Shown piece by piece: positions 10,157 through 19,872 of a stretch of 64,000 nt of DNA. The notes beneath the pieces are model-generated. The model had not been told where the DNA came from. It worked only from the letters and a program-made list of their open reading frames with translations, and did no database searches. Location of the stretch: the NCBI GenBank assembly GCA_937924445.1, contig CALDSX010000010.1, positions 11,880 to 75,879 on the forward strand. The letters are read 5' to 3'. The position numbers and the translations under genes were made by a program. Positions within the stretch are counted from its first letter, which is position 1, and each line of letters opens with the position of its first letter. The stretch is from an uncultured Chthoniobacterales bacterium. GTDB taxonomy: Bacteria > Verrucomicrobiota > Verrucomicrobiia > Chthoniobacterales > CALDSX01.

Positions 10157-10801
10157 TTACTCGAAGGAGCCAGCCGACCCATAACCACGCTATGATGCCA
10201 GAGACAAAGCCCAACGAGAAACGCAAAACAACAACAAAAAAATTTCCAACCGGCCCAACAGCACCATGGCCAAATGGCTCTGAAGGCTCGAGAAGCATCA
10301 GAACTGAGAAATGGCTTGGAACCCTGAGACATCATTGCCGTTAGCGAGAGCCCAAAAAGCATTAAAAGCAAAAGCAACCGTGCAAAGCCAAACAGGGAGA
10401 AGGCAACCTCGTCGGCACGCGGAACAAACCAAACCAGCACCGTCTCATTCCTTATCATCACAACATGAAAGAGACGAAAAAGATCTGGACCAAGCCAGTC
10501 CGATGCAGCACCAGCATCGAAACCAATCAAGGCGAGATAAACCTGCCTGACTTCCTCAAGAATGGGCGCCCGAAAAAGCACCCAGTCTAGACACACAGCC
10601 AGAAAAGTTAAGGCTAGAGTCTTTGCAACAGTCTATTGTGCACCACGCTTTGATTCTCTCTCCTTAGAAGGTTGCCTCCAAATCACAAGAAACTCTTGGC
10701 ATCAGGTCTCTGAGAGCCCTACACTGTTCTAAATGCTCTGCGGTGTCTCCAATCCTATTGCACGGCTGGTGTCGAGTGCCTATCTATGGGTCGAAAAGCA
10801 C

Positions 10802-10830
10802 TTGACGTCCGGCCTTTGTCTTTTTAATTG
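10802..10830 (+). promoter_or_regulatory. Putative sigma70-type promoter for tRNA-Gly
   Basis: TTGACG (10802-10807), a 17-nt spacer, then TAATTG (10825-10830), about 20 nt upstream of the mature tRNA 5' end. Confidence 0.35.
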
Positions 10831-10849
10831 CAAATTAAACTGCTGCTCT

Positions 10850-10920
10850 GCGGGTGTAGTTCAATGGTAGAACGGCAGCTTCCCAAGCTGCATACGAGGG
10901 TTCGATTCCCTTCACCCGCT
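10850..10920 (+). tRNA. tRNA-Gly (anticodon CCC)
   Basis: Cloverleaf read by eye. Acceptor GCGGGTG/CACCCGC, D arm GTTC..GAAC, anticodon stem GCAGC/GCTGC with loop TTCCCAA, T arm GAGGG-TTCGATT-CCCTT. CCA is not encoded. Confidence 0.9.
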
Positions 10921-11125
10921 CTCAGCGTGATTTATCCCTGAGTCAGAGGATGTTACAGTTGAAAATGGGCATGCGGATAGATGAGATGATGCCCCGAGGT
11001 CATTGTAAATGACAAGGCTCGGATCAAGCCTTCTATCTTCTTGATAGGCCTCGGAACCAGAAGGTTTTTTCACGCGCAACACACTTGCCATTCTCTCTGC
11101 ATGGCGTGGGCTCTGGCTGAGGCGT

Positions 11126-11842
11126 TTAAACCGTCAATTCCTGGATGATTTTGCGCACCGCCTCATGTGGGTCCGGAGCTGCGGTGACCGGGCGGCCAAC
11201 GACGATATAATCCGCGCCAGCATCTATCGCTTCACGCGGTGTCATCACGCGGTGTTGATCGTTTTTCACGCTCCATTCAGGGCGAACCCCTGGGGTGACG
11301 ATCTTGATTTTGTCTCCGAATCGGCACCGAAGGGGCGCGATTTCATGCGGGCTGGCAACAAAACCACGAATGCCTTGATCAAATCCAAGTTCAGCGAGTT
11401 TGAGAACCTGTTCTTCAATAGGTAAAGGGACGCCAACCGAGTGAAGAGCTTCTTGACTCATACTCGTCAACACAGTCACTCCGAGTAACAACGGTATCCC
11501 GCAGTCAAAATTGGCTTGAGTTTGGTCACCAGCAGCCAATCGCGCGGAAGCCAGCATGTCAGCCCCACCACAAAGATGAATTGTCATCATTGCGACACCA
11601 AGCGATTCTGCGGAAGCAACAGCGCGCATGACAGTGGTCGGAATGTCATGCAACTTAAGGTCGAGGAATAGCTTTTCACCATGGTCGGCGAGCTGTCTGA
11701 CCACATCAGGCCCTGAATGAGTGAAAAGTTGTAGTCCCACCTTCAGAAGACCAACCATACCATGAAGTTGCTTGGCTAGCTCGAGGGCTGAGGCTGCGTC
11801 CTGAACGTCCAGAGCGACGATTATTCGTTGATGCGGTTGCAT
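11126..11842 (-). CDS. pyrF: Orotidine 5'-phosphate decarboxylase
   Basis: RIIVALDV, FLDLKLHDIPTT, and IVVGRPV near the C-terminus. The track ORF extends to 11914, but ATG 11842 (MQPHQRIIVALD) gives the canonical length. Confidence 0.9.
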   Translation of the reverse strand: MQPHQRIIVALDVQDAASALELAKQLHGMVGLLKVGLQLFTHSGPDVVRQLADHGEKLFLDLKLHDIPTTVMRAVASAESLGVAMMTIHLCGGADMLASARLAAGDQTQANFDCGIPLLLGVTVLTSMSQEALHSVGVPLPIEEQVLKLAELGFDQGIRGFVASPHEIAPLRCRFGDKIKIVTPGVRPEWSVKNDQHRVMTPREAIDAGADYIVVGRPVTAAPDPHEAVRKIIQELTV

Positions 11843-11925
11843 GAGAATTGATGTGGCGAAAACGTTTAGGCCGCGTATTGATAAATCTGCAAAATGCAGG
11901 CGGTCTATGACCACTGCAAAACACT

Positions 11926-12780
11926 ATGAAATACTACGAAGCTCCGGCCAAGGTCAACCTCTTCCTCCGGCTTCTTCGCGAACGCGAGGATGGCTTTACG
12001 GAGATTGATACGCTCATCCTTCCGCTCGATTTGGCCGACCGTTTGGGTGTTGAACTTTGTCCCGAAGGGCCGCTGCTCGAATGCGATGACCCTTCCTTGC
12101 CAACAGATGGATCAAACCTCGTGCTACGCGCTGCCAAGGCGTTCGAGCGGCGCGTTCCGGGTGGGGCCTCCGTTCGTTTTGTGTTAGAAAAGAAAATCCC
12201 CCATGGCGCCGGCCTCGCCGGCGGCAGCAGTGACGCCGCCGCGGCGTTACGAGCGCTCAACGAGCTTTTTGGTAATCCACTCGAAATCAGTGCGCTTGCG
12301 AACATAGGAGTTGAACTGGGCTCGGACGTTCCGGTATTTCTTTATCAAACCGCCTGCCGCTGCACGGGCCGGGGAGAGAACGTGACTCCACTGGCGGATG
12401 GACATGCTCCGCCACCATTGACGTTTCTGCTTGTCAAACCAGCCTTTCCGGTTTCGACTGCTTGGGCCTACAGCGCGTGGCGTTTGGGACGCAAGGCAGG
12501 GCTTCCCCCGGCGCACACTCAAACGCTGGCTGGAGGATTCGAACTAATTAACGACCTCGAACCACCGGTTTTTCGCAAGCATCTGATTCTTGAAGTTGCA
12601 AAAGAGTGGCTGCGCACCCAGGTCAGCGTTTCAGGCGCGTTGATGTCCGGTTCCGGTTCAACTCTCTTCGCGATTGTTGAAAATGACGCATGTGCGGAAC
12701 ACCTGAAGGACAGGTTTGCGGGGGAATTTGGTGACTCTTGGTGGAGCGCCATCTGCCACTGGATTCCGGCCCGGTTTTGA
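11926..12780 (+). CDS. ispE: 4-diphosphocytidyl-2-C-methyl-D-erythritol kinase
   Basis: 284 aa. APAKVNLFL and the GHMP kinase motif PHGAGLAGGSSDAAAAL. Confidence 0.9.
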   Translation: MKYYEAPAKVNLFLRLLREREDGFTEIDTLILPLDLADRLGVELCPEGPLLECDDPSLPTDGSNLVLRAAKAFERRVPGGASVRFVLEKKIPHGAGLAGGSSDAAAALRALNELFGNPLEISALANIGVELGSDVPVFLYQTACRCTGRGENVTPLADGHAPPPLTFLLVKPAFPVSTAWAYSAWRLGRKAGLPPAHTQTLAGGFELINDLEPPVFRKHLILEVAKEWLRTQVSVSGALMSGSGSTLFAIVENDACAEHLKDRFAGEFGDSWWSAICHWIPARF

Positions 12781-12794
12781 TCATAATCAAATTC

Positions 12795-13547
12795 ATGAGA
12801 GTATCTTCGGTTCCCAATAAGCCGGTTGTGGGCATCGCCCCGTGGCGACTAGTCGCTCTTATACTTGCTGTTGCTTTGACTGCCGGCGCCTCAATCCAAG
12901 GAAACCGCAATCTGAAACCAAGCGGGCAGGGGGTTATTATGGAGCTACCTTACGAAATCGGTGATTACTGGGGTGTGGAAACCGAGGTGAGCGCGGCTGA
13001 AAAAGTTATCCTTCCTCGCGATACGGGTTTTGCCCGAAAGATTTACAGCACAATTGAGAATGAAAATATTCTTTGTTCGATCGTGCTCAGCGGCTCGGAG
13101 AAGCGGAGTATTCACCGTCCCGAGGTTTGCCTCCCTGCACAGGGGTGGACGATTGTGGAAAAGGAAGTTGTGCCCATCAAGCTCTCGAACGGACACGTTA
13201 TTCGTGTTACTCTGCTCACGCTTCACCAGACTGTTCGACGAAACGACGGCTTGCCGCACACGATCTCCTCACTTTTTGCGTATTGGTTCGTCGGCGAAAA
13301 TCGGTTAACACACAGCCATTGGGAACGGGTCTTTGTCACAAGCTGGGACAGGGTTTTCGATAAAATCAACCACCGGTGGGCTTATGTGATCGTTAGTATG
13401 CCTGTGACGGCAACTTTCCAACCTCGCGGACGCGACAAGGCGCAGACTCTTGAAGAGATGAAAAAATTCATCTCCCTTGCGGCACCGAAATTTCTTAAGC
13501 CCGAGGTGTTTGGCGCTTTTGATATTAACCGGGTTGCGGGGCAGTAG
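12795..13547 (+). CDS. EpsI-family (exosortase-associated) protein with N-terminal membrane anchor
   Basis: Motif SIHRPEVCLPAQGW plus downstream YWFVG, typical of EpsI. TM/signal segment WRLVALILAVALTAGA. ATG 12795 lies inside track ORF 12738-13547. Confidence 0.6.
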   Translation: MRVSSVPNKPVVGIAPWRLVALILAVALTAGASIQGNRNLKPSGQGVIMELPYEIGDYWGVETEVSAAEKVILPRDTGFARKIYSTIENENILCSIVLSGSEKRSIHRPEVCLPAQGWTIVEKEVVPIKLSNGHVIRVTLLTLHQTVRRNDGLPHTISSLFAYWFVGENRLTHSHWERVFVTSWDRVFDKINHRWAYVIVSMPVTATFQPRGRDKAQTLEEMKKFISLAAPKFLKPEVFGAFDINRVAGQ

Positions 13548-13608
13548 GCTTGGCTCCGTTGTGCGTTGACGCATGGCCGCCTTACGCTTTCGAGATTTGC
13601 GCTCTGTG

Positions 13609-14409
13609 TTAGCGAGACGGCGTGGTGGTTGTCGTTGTGGTTACCTTTTTATAATCGCCTCTGCTGAAGTATTTCTCGATCCAGACGTAAAAAATAATAA
13701 AAAGGTAACGACTGCCCATTTCCTTAATTTTGAGCTTTGCAACGCCAGATCGCCGGTTGCGCCAGGTGATGGGGATGACTGCCCAAGAATAGCCGCGAAT
13801 GATGGCTTTGAGGGGTATTTCTACCGTCAAATTGAAGTGAGGGGAGAGTAAAGGCCGACATCCCTCAATGACGTTGCGGCGATACGCCTTGAAGGCATTG
13901 GTGGTGTCATTGAGCTTAATGCCGAATAGGAAGCGGATGAAAAGATTTCCTGCACGGTTAAAAAAGTATTTCACAAAAGGATAATCAATCACCCCACCGC
14001 CTTTGACGAAGCGCGAGCCAAAAACGCATTCATATCCCTCACATAATTTCTTCCAATATCGCACCGCATCTCGCACATCATCCGATTCGTCCGCCATCAT
14101 GACCATCAGAGCGTCGCCACGAGCTTGCTCCAGGCCGTAGATGACCGCATGACCAAACCCGTTTCTCCCAATGTTCTGAATGGGCTTCAACTCAGCAATC
14201 TTTGCCGCCTCGCGCTGGAGAATTGCCCAGGTCTCGTCGGTGGAACCGTCGTCCACAACAACAATCTCGTGCGGTATCTCGTTGAGTGCCAATTCGATGT
14301 GGAGATGATTAACCGTTGAGGCAATACACCCAGCCTCGTCCCGGGCCGGGATCACCACACTCAGAAGTGTTGGTAGTGGCAGATGCGGGTCTGGAGGCGG
14401 AGAGACCAT
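13609..14409 (-). CDS. Family 2 glycosyltransferase, polyprenol-phosphate mannose/glucose synthase-like (Ppm1/DPM1-like)
   Basis: LSVVIPARDE...IVVVDDGSTDET...MADESDD...FGSRFVKGGG...NDTTNAFKAYRR. The C-terminal tail is KKVTTTTTTTPSR. Confidence 0.8.
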   Translation of the reverse strand: MVSPPPDPHLPLPTLLSVVIPARDEAGCIASTVNHLHIELALNEIPHEIVVVDDGSTDETWAILQREAAKIAELKPIQNIGRNGFGHAVIYGLEQARGDALMVMMADESDDVRDAVRYWKKLCEGYECVFGSRFVKGGGVIDYPFVKYFFNRAGNLFIRFLFGIKLNDTTNAFKAYRRNVIEGCRPLLSPHFNLTVEIPLKAIIRGYSWAVIPITWRNRRSGVAKLKIKEMGSRYLFIIFYVWIEKYFSRGDYKKVTTTTTTTPSR

Positions 14410-14657
14410 TTGAAAATTAAACAGTTGAAAAATTAAATTTTAGTTGCTGTTCCGACAAAGCAACGGAGAAATTGCTTCCCCAAAAAACTGAGCGTGACCG
14501 AAAAATAAGAAATGTTTCCCCCGATTGGAGCACGACAACCTTGGGCTATAAATTTTCTTTGTCAACGAGACCTAGGTGTTGATGCTGTGAAATATCAAGC
14601 TATCGTTTCACCGCTAGAATGGGTTGCCTTCGCTCGTAAGGAACGATAAAGAGAGTT

Positions 14658-15728
14658 ATGGCTCAAACAGCCTTTTTAGAATCCCTTCCCCAATCCGCCT
14701 CACAAACCAAACTACCCGTGGAGAGCGCTCTCGACGAATCGTGGAGGGACCTCTATCTGAAGGCTTTTAGATTTATGCAACGTGCCCGGGTTATAGAGGA
14801 CAAACTCGCCAGTCTCTACCGAAGCGGAAAAATAACCGGTGGCTGTTACGTTGGTCGAGGTAACGAGGCGGTCGCTGTATCCGCAGGTATTGCCCTTAAT
14901 AAAGGCGACGTTTTTGCGCCTTTGATCCGTGACCAGGCGGGTCGCCTCGCTTACGGCGAAAGTCCGGCAGACGCCTTCCGGACTTACCTCGGTTCACGTC
15001 TTGGACCGATGCGGGGACGAGATGGCAACGTTCATCGCGGACGACCTGCTGAGGGTTATCTAGCGATGATCAGCCATCTTGGAGCAATGGTCTCGGCTGC
15101 AACAGGAATGCTTCTGGGGCGTCGGTTGCGCGGTGAGCCAACTGGGATAGCGATTGTCACCCTTGGAGAAGGAGCCACATCCACTGGCGCGTTTCATGAG
15201 GGGCTTAACCTCGCGGCCGTTGAGAAACTGCCCGTGGTGGTGGTGGTATCAAATAACCTCTACGCCTATTCGACGCCCAACAGCCGTCAATTTGCCTGCG
15301 AATCGTTGGTGCATCGCGCTCGGGGTTACGGTGTCAGGGGATGGGATGTGGATGGTACCGACCTGAATGATTGTCTTAAAAAAATTACCGCTGCGGCGCA
15401 GGATGCCCGTCAAACCGGTTTGCCGCAGCTCGTTGTGGCCACTCTTCTTCGGCTGAGCGGTCATGGAGAGCATGACGATGCCTTTTATGTGGATGCAACG
15501 CTTAAAACTCTTCCAGTGGCACGCGATTGCCTCGCTGTGGCCGAAGAATTCATCCTTCAAACCAATCTCGCCGACTGGGGCGAGATTCTTGAGTGGAAAG
15601 AGGAGGCTAAACGCGAAGTGGAATCCATCCTTGCCGAAGTGCAGCGAGAGCCAGTTCCCGACCCCTTTGAGGAACGTTGGTGTTGCCTCGCAACGCCAGG
15701 GCTCTGCGAAGGTATTGACGGAGTCTAA
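14658..15728 (+). CDS. 2-oxo-acid dehydrogenase E1 component, alpha subunit (TPP-dependent; PDH/BCKDH type)
   Basis: 356 aa. TPP motif GEGATSTGAFHEGLNLAAVEKLPVVVVVSNN, and RLSGHGEHDD. Confidence 0.85.
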   Translation: MAQTAFLESLPQSASQTKLPVESALDESWRDLYLKAFRFMQRARVIEDKLASLYRSGKITGGCYVGRGNEAVAVSAGIALNKGDVFAPLIRDQAGRLAYGESPADAFRTYLGSRLGPMRGRDGNVHRGRPAEGYLAMISHLGAMVSAATGMLLGRRLRGEPTGIAIVTLGEGATSTGAFHEGLNLAAVEKLPVVVVVSNNLYAYSTPNSRQFACESLVHRARGYGVRGWDVDGTDLNDCLKKITAAAQDARQTGLPQLVVATLLRLSGHGEHDDAFYVDATLKTLPVARDCLAVAEEFILQTNLADWGEILEWKEEAKREVESILAEVQREPVPDPFEERWCCLATPGLCEGIDGV

Positions 15729-15813
15729 AATGCCAGCCATGCGAGAAAGATGGGCTCTATAAAGCAGTCTGCTGTTGCATTTGCCCAAGCTCCGCGCTCT
15801 TCTATCCGAAACC

Positions 15814-16782
15814 ATGAGCGTGACGTATCTCGACGCTATCCGCGAAGCACAAGCCAAAGCACTCGCCTCTCACCCGGGTGTATTCATTTACGGTCAGGAC
15901 GTGGCTTTGTTTGGTGGCGCTTTCAAAGCCACTAAAAATCTTTTGCAACAGTTCCCTGGACGTATTCTTGATACGCCTATCAGCGAGGATGCGATGGTCG
16001 GCGCTGCGATCGGCGCCGCTGCAGAAGGAATGCGCCCCATAGTTGAAATGCAGTTCGCCGATTTCTCCACCGTCGGCTTCAACCAAATCGTGAACCATGC
16101 CGCGACTCTTTTTTGGCGCACCGGAGTTCCGTGCCCGATCACCATTCGTCTCCCCTCCGGCGGCACCATGGGTAGCGGACCGTTTCATAGTCAAATGATG
16201 GAAACGGTTTACGCTCACTACCCTGGCCTGGTCGTTATGACGCCCGCGACCGTTGAGGATGCCTACTCTATGCTGCTTGAAGCGGTGCTTGAAATAGATG
16301 ATCCTGTAATATTTTGCGAGCACAAAATGCTTTACTACCACCTCAAAGCCCCCGCGCTTCCGACCGTCGCGTTGCCAGCCAAACACGCCCGGATTGCGCG
16401 TCACGGCAAACATGCCACCCTTGCCACTTACAGCGCTATGGTCCACGAGGCACTGCTCGCTAGTCAACAGCTTGCCACGGAGGGTTTTGAAATTGAGGTT
16501 GTAGATCTTCGCACTGTCAAACCGCTCGATACCGACACGTTGCTTGCATCCGTTGCCCGCACCGGGCGGCTTCTCGCAGTTGGCGAGTCGTTTCCGTGGG
16601 GAGGCGTGACTGCCGAAGTGGTTTCGCGTGCCGCAGATGAAGGCTTTGCCCTTCTCGACGCCCCACCCCGGCGTCTGAATGCCAAAGACACTCCTGTCCC
16701 TTACCACCCCAATCTCTGGACTGCCCACCGACCCAGCGCAAACTCAATCGCTGCCGCACTGCGCGACTTGCTTCGTTCCTAA
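15814..16782 (+). CDS. 2-oxo-acid dehydrogenase E1 component, beta subunit
   Basis: MSVTYLDAIREA..., DTPISEDAMVGAAIGAA, EMQFADF and VDLRTVKPLD. ATG 15814 lies inside track ORF 15775-16782. Confidence 0.85.
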   Translation: MSVTYLDAIREAQAKALASHPGVFIYGQDVALFGGAFKATKNLLQQFPGRILDTPISEDAMVGAAIGAAAEGMRPIVEMQFADFSTVGFNQIVNHAATLFWRTGVPCPITIRLPSGGTMGSGPFHSQMMETVYAHYPGLVVMTPATVEDAYSMLLEAVLEIDDPVIFCEHKMLYYHLKAPALPTVALPAKHARIARHGKHATLATYSAMVHEALLASQQLATEGFEIEVVDLRTVKPLDTDTLLASVARTGRLLAVGESFPWGGVTAEVVSRAADEGFALLDAPPRRLNAKDTPVPYHPNLWTAHRPSANSIAAALRDLLRS

Positions 16783-16785
16783 GCC

Positions 16786-18078
16786 ATGCCAAAGATTCCT
16801 CTCGTTATGCCACAGCTTGGCGAATCCATCGCCGAGGCAATCATCGTCTCTTTCCACGTCAAAACTGGCGACGCCGTCACTGCGGATCAGGAAATTATCG
16901 AGGTCGAAACCAACAAAGCCACAATGGGCGTCACCACACCCTGCAAAGGCATCGTAGCTGAGCTCGTTGCTAAAGTTGGCGAAAGCTACCCTGTCGGATC
17001 GACCCTTGGATTTCTAGAAGTCTCTGAGGCAGATGCCGTAAGTTGCGGTTTTTTCCAGACTACCCCCCAACGCGACGATAGCCCAGCCTCTGCCCCGTCC
17101 GCAGAATCTCAGGAGGCACCGGCACCCACCTCAGCTAAACCAGCCGCTTTAGATGCTAAAAAATCCCATTTTGATAGCCCAGCAGAGAACATCCTTCCTG
17201 ATTATAACTTAGCTCAGCCAAACCAGGTGCGCCCCACAGTTCGCGGTCTGCCAGTTCCAATGACAGCAAAAGGGGCTAGCTATCTGTCCCCCAGGATGAA
17301 AGTCCGTATGCAAGAACTCGGCCTTCACGCCGCAGACCTCGCCGGGCTCGCCGGGAGCGGGGCCGGCGGGCGCGTGACGGTCGAGGATTTCGAAAAATTT
17401 CTCTACGATCTTGAGACCAAAAAAATCAGCCCCGCCTCCAGCATGCGCGTTGCCGTGGCCGATGCCATGCGCCGCAGTTGGACCCGACCGTTGGCCACTG
17501 TGGGGCGTTTGGTGAATCTTGACCCGCTTCTCGCTCATCGGAAAGCTCAGAAAACCAAACCTGGCCCGGCTCTTTACGCCCTCCGGGCACTTGCATTGGC
17601 TCTCGGAGAAGACTCTGCACCTGCTGGGCGATTAATTGGCGGGAAAATTGTCCATCCGTCCGCGATTGATATTGGATTTGCCGTTGAAGCCGAGGATGGC
17701 GTTCTCGTCCCCGTGCTTCGGGGAGCCGATAAGATGCCGCTCAAAACACTGCTGCCGCGTTATGACGAGTTGGTCGAGCTTGCCCGCCAAAGGCGTCTGC
17801 CCAAAGAAGCGTCTGGCTCTTCCATTGCCACTGTAACCAATTTCGGGACATTTGGCATTATCTGGGCCACGCCCATCCCTTTACCAGAGCAAACGCTTGT
17901 GCTTGGTCTCGGAGTCGGCTCAAAACAACCCTATTGGGACGATGTGGCTGGAGCGTTCATTCCCGTTACCCAAGCCGAGCTTACCCTTAGTTTTGACCAT
18001 CGCGTTCTTGACGGGGGCGGAGCTGGACGGCTTCTCGCCCGGGTGGCCGAGTTGATGCAGACCCCAGAATCGCTTTAG
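16786..18078 (+). CDS. Dihydrolipoamide acyltransferase (E2) of the 2-oxo-acid dehydrogenase complex
   Basis: Lipoyl domain (IIEVETNKATMGV), Ala/Pro linker, E3-binding segment (SPRMKVRMQELG...GRVTVEDF) and catalytic DHRVLDGG. Confidence 0.85.
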   Translation: MPKIPLVMPQLGESIAEAIIVSFHVKTGDAVTADQEIIEVETNKATMGVTTPCKGIVAELVAKVGESYPVGSTLGFLEVSEADAVSCGFFQTTPQRDDSPASAPSAESQEAPAPTSAKPAALDAKKSHFDSPAENILPDYNLAQPNQVRPTVRGLPVPMTAKGASYLSPRMKVRMQELGLHAADLAGLAGSGAGGRVTVEDFEKFLYDLETKKISPASSMRVAVADAMRRSWTRPLATVGRLVNLDPLLAHRKAQKTKPGPALYALRALALALGEDSAPAGRLIGGKIVHPSAIDIGFAVEAEDGVLVPVLRGADKMPLKTLLPRYDELVELARQRRLPKEASGSSIATVTNFGTFGIIWATPIPLPEQTLVLGLGVGSKQPYWDDVAGAFIPVTQAELTLSFDHRVLDGGGAGRLLARVAELMQTPESL

Positions 18079-18164
18079 CCAGGATGCCCGCCCCGATCAC
18101 AAATTCATCCCGTCAAGCAAAGGCTCGCGCGGAGAGTGACAAAACCTCCCGTCCGATTGCGAGC

Positions 18165-19043
18165 ATGACCGGCCACGGCAGGGGGTGCGTAGGCTCTGAG
18201 GGAATCCGTGTGGCAGCAGAAATAACCGGGCTCAACCGCAAAAATCTCGACATTGCCTGCAACCTGCCCCGCGAACTCGTTGCGTTTGAACCTGCCGCAC
18301 GGGAGAAAATCGCCACCTTCATCCATCGCGGTCGGGTTTCCTTGACGATGACAATCGAGCACGCTGCCGCCCCTCCAGTGGAACGACTCCTAGATAACGC
18401 TCTCGCGAAGGCGTATCTCGACGCCATCCGCCAACTTCAAGAGGAACTCGGGTTAAAAGGTGAGCCGACAATCTCCGACCTTCTCGCTCTGCCCGGCGTT
18501 GCGGGTGGCGCCACCCTATCCCCAGACCGGACCAACCTGCTTGCCGTCTGTGAAGAAGCGCTGGAAGCGGCTCTCAAAGACTTCATCGCAATGCGCCTCC
18601 GCGAAGGGGCCGCTTTGAAGAAACAACTTTCCGCGGGAGCGCTAGCGGTTTCGCGCTCTCTCAAACCCATGCTCAAAGCCAACTCCGCCGCAATCGCTAC
18701 GCGCACCCAAGTGCTTCGCAAAAAAAGCGCCCAACTGCACAGGGAGTGGCCCGGACAAGCTCCCGGCGGCGATGAACCGTTCCTGCGCGAGATTCTCCTC
18801 ATCGCCGAACGTGGCGACATCTCGGAGGAAATTGCCCGACTCCAAAGTCATATTGAGCAATTTCGTGCCGCAATTGAGACCGGCGGACCGATTGGGCGGC
18901 AACTTGATTTTCTCGCCCAGGAAATGGGGCGTGAATTGCACACGCTCGGAGCGAAGACCGCGTCGCCGGAGGCCTCCCGGCGCGTTATCGAATGCAAAAT
19001 CGAAGTCGAACGTCTCCGCGAACAAGTACAAAACATTGAATAA
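18165..19043 (+). CDS. yicC: YicC/YloC family stress-induced protein (endoribonuclease family)
   Basis: MTGHGRG start. C-terminal EIARLQSHIEQF...GRQLDFLAQEMGRELHTLGAKT. ATG 18165 lies inside track ORF 18084-19043. Confidence 0.8.
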   Translation: MTGHGRGCVGSEGIRVAAEITGLNRKNLDIACNLPRELVAFEPAAREKIATFIHRGRVSLTMTIEHAAAPPVERLLDNALAKAYLDAIRQLQEELGLKGEPTISDLLALPGVAGGATLSPDRTNLLAVCEEALEAALKDFIAMRLREGAALKKQLSAGALAVSRSLKPMLKANSAAIATRTQVLRKKSAQLHREWPGQAPGGDEPFLREILLIAERGDISEEIARLQSHIEQFRAAIETGGPIGRQLDFLAQEMGRELHTLGAKTASPEASRRVIECKIEVERLREQVQNIE

Positions 19044-19680
19044 CACACTCGCTTTCCGTCGTTGCGGCATCCTCTTTGTCCTCTCAGCCCCTTCTGGAGC
19101 CGGAAAAACCACCCTGCGTGACGCTCTCAAACAAACTCCAGACTTTGTCTATTCCGTCTCGGCAACCACTCGCCCACCGCGCCCCGGGGAAATCCCGAGC
19201 CAAGATTACCATTTCGTCTCTGATGCTGAATTTGATCGAATGATTACCGAAGGAGAACTGCTTGAGTATGCCACAGTGCATGGCAAACACCGCTACGGCA
19301 CTCTTCGCACCAGCATTCTTCATCATATAAAAGAGGGGGTGGATGTTTTGGTTGATATTGACACGCAAGGCGCCGCTCAGATCCGTTCCTCAACCGATCC
19401 GCTGATTCGGGACGCCCTCGTGGACGTTTTTATTATGCCGCCAAACCTCGAGGAATTGCGACGGCGCCTTGAACGGCGTGGTACCGAAAATGCCGCACAG
19501 ATCGAGGCTCGCCTCAAGTCTGCCGCGAGAGAAATGCGCTGCTGGCGCGATTACCGTTACACTCTCATCAGCGGTTCTATGGAAGAGGATCTCGTTAAAT
19601 TTCGTGCCATCATGCGCGCTGAACGTTACCTGAGCCGACGCCTTTACTTCCCAGACTTACCAACAAACAAGCCTGAGTGA
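19036..19680 (+). CDS. gmk: Guanylate kinase
   Basis: P-loop LSAPSGAGKTTL, and TTRPPRPGE..DYHFV. There is no in-frame ATG or GTG before the P-loop. TTG 19036 is the nearest start and overlaps the yicC stop. Confidence 0.85.
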   Translation: MNNTLAFRRCGILFVLSAPSGAGKTTLRDALKQTPDFVYSVSATTRPPRPGEIPSQDYHFVSDAEFDRMITEGELLEYATVHGKHRYGTLRTSILHHIKEGVDVLVDIDTQGAAQIRSSTDPLIRDALVDVFIMPPNLEELRRRLERRGTENAAQIEARLKSAAREMRCWRDYRYTLISGSMEEDLVKFRAIMRAERYLSRRLYFPDLPTNKPE

Positions 19681-19872
19681 GCACCTAAAAATCTTGAAAA
19701 GTAGTCAAATGTTGCGAACGAAAAAGGTTCCCAAACAAGCTATTTGAAATCATCGTCACAAAAACTTTAGTTCGTCCCGTAGCATGGCGCTCTTTTCGTT
19801 TTGCTCGAGTCCAACAAAAAATCTCTACTCGATTCGTAGCAAGAATCGGCCAGATTCAAATCTTAACGCCGC

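Noticed and set aside
9471-10849. Genomic island or integrated element next to tRNA-Gly
   Set aside because: No integrase, recombinase, direct repeat of the tRNA 3' end, or phage/plasmid gene is seen. Only a decayed AlgX/AlgJ-like gene is present.
15802-16728. 308-aa ORF antisense to the E1-beta gene
   Set aside because: It is fully embedded opposite a strongly supported CDS. The translation is Arg/Gly/Ser-rich with no motif. This is a typical shadow ORF in GC-rich coding DNA.
18772-19035. N-terminal 88-aa extension of the gmk ORF, and similarly 61086-61259 upstream of bcp
   Set aside because: Both extensions lie entirely inside the preceding well-supported genes (yicC, hemB) in another frame, and they have Arg/Ser/Pro-rich shadow-ORF composition.
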